From the IMG/VR virus record IMGVR_UViG_3300047558_000077, positions 96,001-160,000 of that record: a stretch of 64,000 nt of DNA. One strand, given 5' to 3'. The notes beneath the pieces were generated by a model. The model ran no database searches. It had not been told where the DNA came from and was given only the letters and a program-made list of their open reading frames with translations. Made by a program: the position numbers and the translations under genes. Numbering within the stretch: the stretch's first letter is position 1; every line of letters starts with the position of its first letter. Below, in pieces: positions 62,295 through 64,000 of the stretch. The stretch is from a virus.

Positions 62295-64000
62295 ATGTCA
62301 ATCAAGATTACAACTGGCGGCGATAACAAAGTCAACGTAGTAACCACACCAAAGAATAGAGTCCAGGTCACCAATGGTGGTTCTGGATCAATGGCGGGTG
62401 TAGCTCTCGCTACCGATTTACCACCAATTTTCATTCATGCTAACTCAGCTTTCAATACAGCTAATGCTGCATATGGTTCAGTAAACTCTAACTGGACGGT
62501 GATGAATGTTGTCTATCAGACGACTAATGCTAACTACACTATGGGCAATGCAGCTTATATTGCTCTCAACTCAGCATATAACACCGTCAACGCTGTATAT
62601 GCATCCGCTAATTCTAACTGGACAGTCCAGAACCTAGTCTATGCCACGGTCAATGCCAACTACGTTATGGCTAACGCTGGCTATGTAACACTAAACGCAG
62701 CATATGATACTATCAATGCGGTCTATGTTTCAAGTAACTCTAATTGGGTAGTCCAGAACGTTGTTTACGCAACGGTAAATGCCAATTACATAATGTCAAA
62801 TGCGTCGTTTGTTGCTCTCAATTCAGCATATGACACTGTAAATGCCGTATATGCTTCAAGCAACTCTAACTGGGTTGTGCAAAATGCGGTCTATGATCTG
62901 GCCAATACAATCTATGCTTCCGCCAATTCTAACTGGGAAGTCCAGAACCTAGTCTATGCTACAGTAAATGCCGCTTACGATTCTTCTAATTCGAACTGGG
63001 CGGTTCAGAACGCTGTTTATGACCTAGCAAACACAATTTATGCTTCGGCCAATTCAAACTGGGAAGTTCAAAATCTAGTTTACGCTACGGTAAACTCCAG
63101 CTATGTTATGGGTAACGCATCTTACGTTACCTTGAATGCTGCTTACGATACCGTCAATTCTGTTTATGATGTATCAAATAGCAACTATACTATGGCAAAT
63201 GCCAGTTATGTTGCGCTAAACGCAGCATATGATACCGTAAACGCAGTTTTTGCTTCGTCCAATTCTAATTGGGTCATCCAAAACGTAATCTATCACACTG
63301 TAAACGCCGACTACACAATGTCGAATGCCGCTTACAGAACGTTGAACGTGGCATTTGACACAGCTAATGCATCGTATGACTCTGCAAACTCAAATTGGAC
63401 AGTTCAAAACACACTATACGAAACTACAAATGCTTCGTATGTTATGGGCAATGCTGCATATCACACAATCAATGCTGCATATGCTTCTATCAATTCAAAC
63501 TGGACCGTTCAAAACGCTCTTTATAAAGTAGCCAACACTGCATATGATTCCGTCAACTCTAATTGGACGGTACAAAACCTTGTATATGCTACAGTAAATT
63601 CTAGCTATGTTATGGGTAATGCCGCTTATGTGGCATTGAACTCTGCTTACGATACTGTAAACGCTGTATATGCTTCTTCAAATTCTAACTGGGTTGTCCA
63701 AAACCTAGTTTATGCGACCGTTAATGCTGCTTATACACTATCAAACGCAGCATACGCTAATGCTAACTCACTAGCAATCGGTGCCAACAACTGGACAAAC
63801 ACTGTAGGTATGTCAGCAAACTCATATGCTGGCTTCATGGCAAACTCTGCCAATATCTACACAGAAGCAACTTATGTAAAGCTATCTTCTCCATCACTAC
63901 AGCTAATCACTAGCGATCTAGGAATTGCTGGTAATCTATTCGTTGTCGGCGAAGTAACTTACGCTAACACAAGACAGCTACAGGTTGGTGATAACATTAT
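62295..64000 (+). CDS. Long Asn-heptad repeat fibre protein (3' truncated; absent from ORF track)
   Basis: Open frame from ATG 62295 (MSIKITTGG...) to the window end; N-x-x-[YWF]-x-x-x repeats such as NSNWTVQ NLVYATV NAAYDTV. Confidence 0.75.
   Translation, partial: MSIKITTGGDNKVNVVTTPKNRVQVTNGGSGSMAGVALATDLPPIFIHANSAFNTANAAYGSVNSNWTVMNVVYQTTNANYTMGNAAYIALNSAYNTVNAVYASANSNWTVQNLVYATVNANYVMANAGYVTLNAAYDTINAVYVSSNSNWVVQNVVYATVNANYIMSNASFVALNSAYDTVNAVYASSNSNWVVQNAVYDLANTIYASANSNWEVQNLVYATVNAAYDSSNSNWAVQNAVYDLANTIYASANSNWEVQNLVYATVNSSYVMGNASYVTLNAAYDTVNSVYDVSNSNYTMANASYVALNAAYDTVNAVFASSNSNWVIQNVIYHTVNADYTMSNAAYRTLNVAFDTANASYDSANSNWTVQNTLYETTNASYVMGNAAYHTINAAYASINSNWTVQNALYKVANTAYDSVNSNWTVQNLVYATVNSSYVMGNAAYVALNSAYDTVNAVYASSNSNWVVQNLVYATVNAAYTLSNAAYANANSLAIGANNWTNTVGMSANSYAGFMANSANIYTEATYVKLSSPSLQLITSDLGIAGNLFVVGEVTYANTRQLQVGDNI

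Noticed and set aside
62430-63860. DNA-level tandem repeat or CRISPR array
   Set aside because: The repeat is conserved at protein level with synonymous variation inside one open frame
1-64000. Stop-codon reassignment
   Set aside because: Core genes are full length in the standard code, and TAA, TGA and TAG all act as stops

Overview
A 64-kb segment of a large T4-like myovirus genome (AT-rich, standard genetic code, mostly + strand). It probably infects an alphaproteobacterium, judging by a circularly permuted two-piece tmRNA, RegA/PrrA/RegR-type boxes in the early promoters and a rhizobial-style L,D-transpeptidase. Layout: (i) 1-14.9 kb, head-associated proteins and replication/nucleotide genes (gp61 primase, thyX, class II RNR, glutaredoxin, RNase H); (ii) 14.9-26 kb, an early/accessory region driven by four copies of a composite palindromic promoter module, containing a DUF262-HNH nuclease, a sigma-region-4-only protein, RtcB with an unannotated ArfA-like peptide, DNA ligase and an unannotated Rmf-like ORF; (iii) 26-33.5 kb, phoH, an exonuclease, a micro-lipoprotein, an adenylate-forming enzyme, tmRNA, gp33, a nucleotidyltransferase, gp59 and gp32; (iv) 33.5-64 kb, the baseplate/tail module (three-domain peptidoglycan hydrolase, gp51/26/54/48/4/2/53, split gp5, gp25/6/7/8, VrlC-like protein, fibres, a His/Gly-rich adhesin, a 2OG-Fe(II) oxygenase and an Asn-heptad fibre running off the end). 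The strongest leads are the multi-operator early promoter module and a dispersed translation-rescue/RNA-repair kit. All family calls come from motif recognition by eye; no searches were run.
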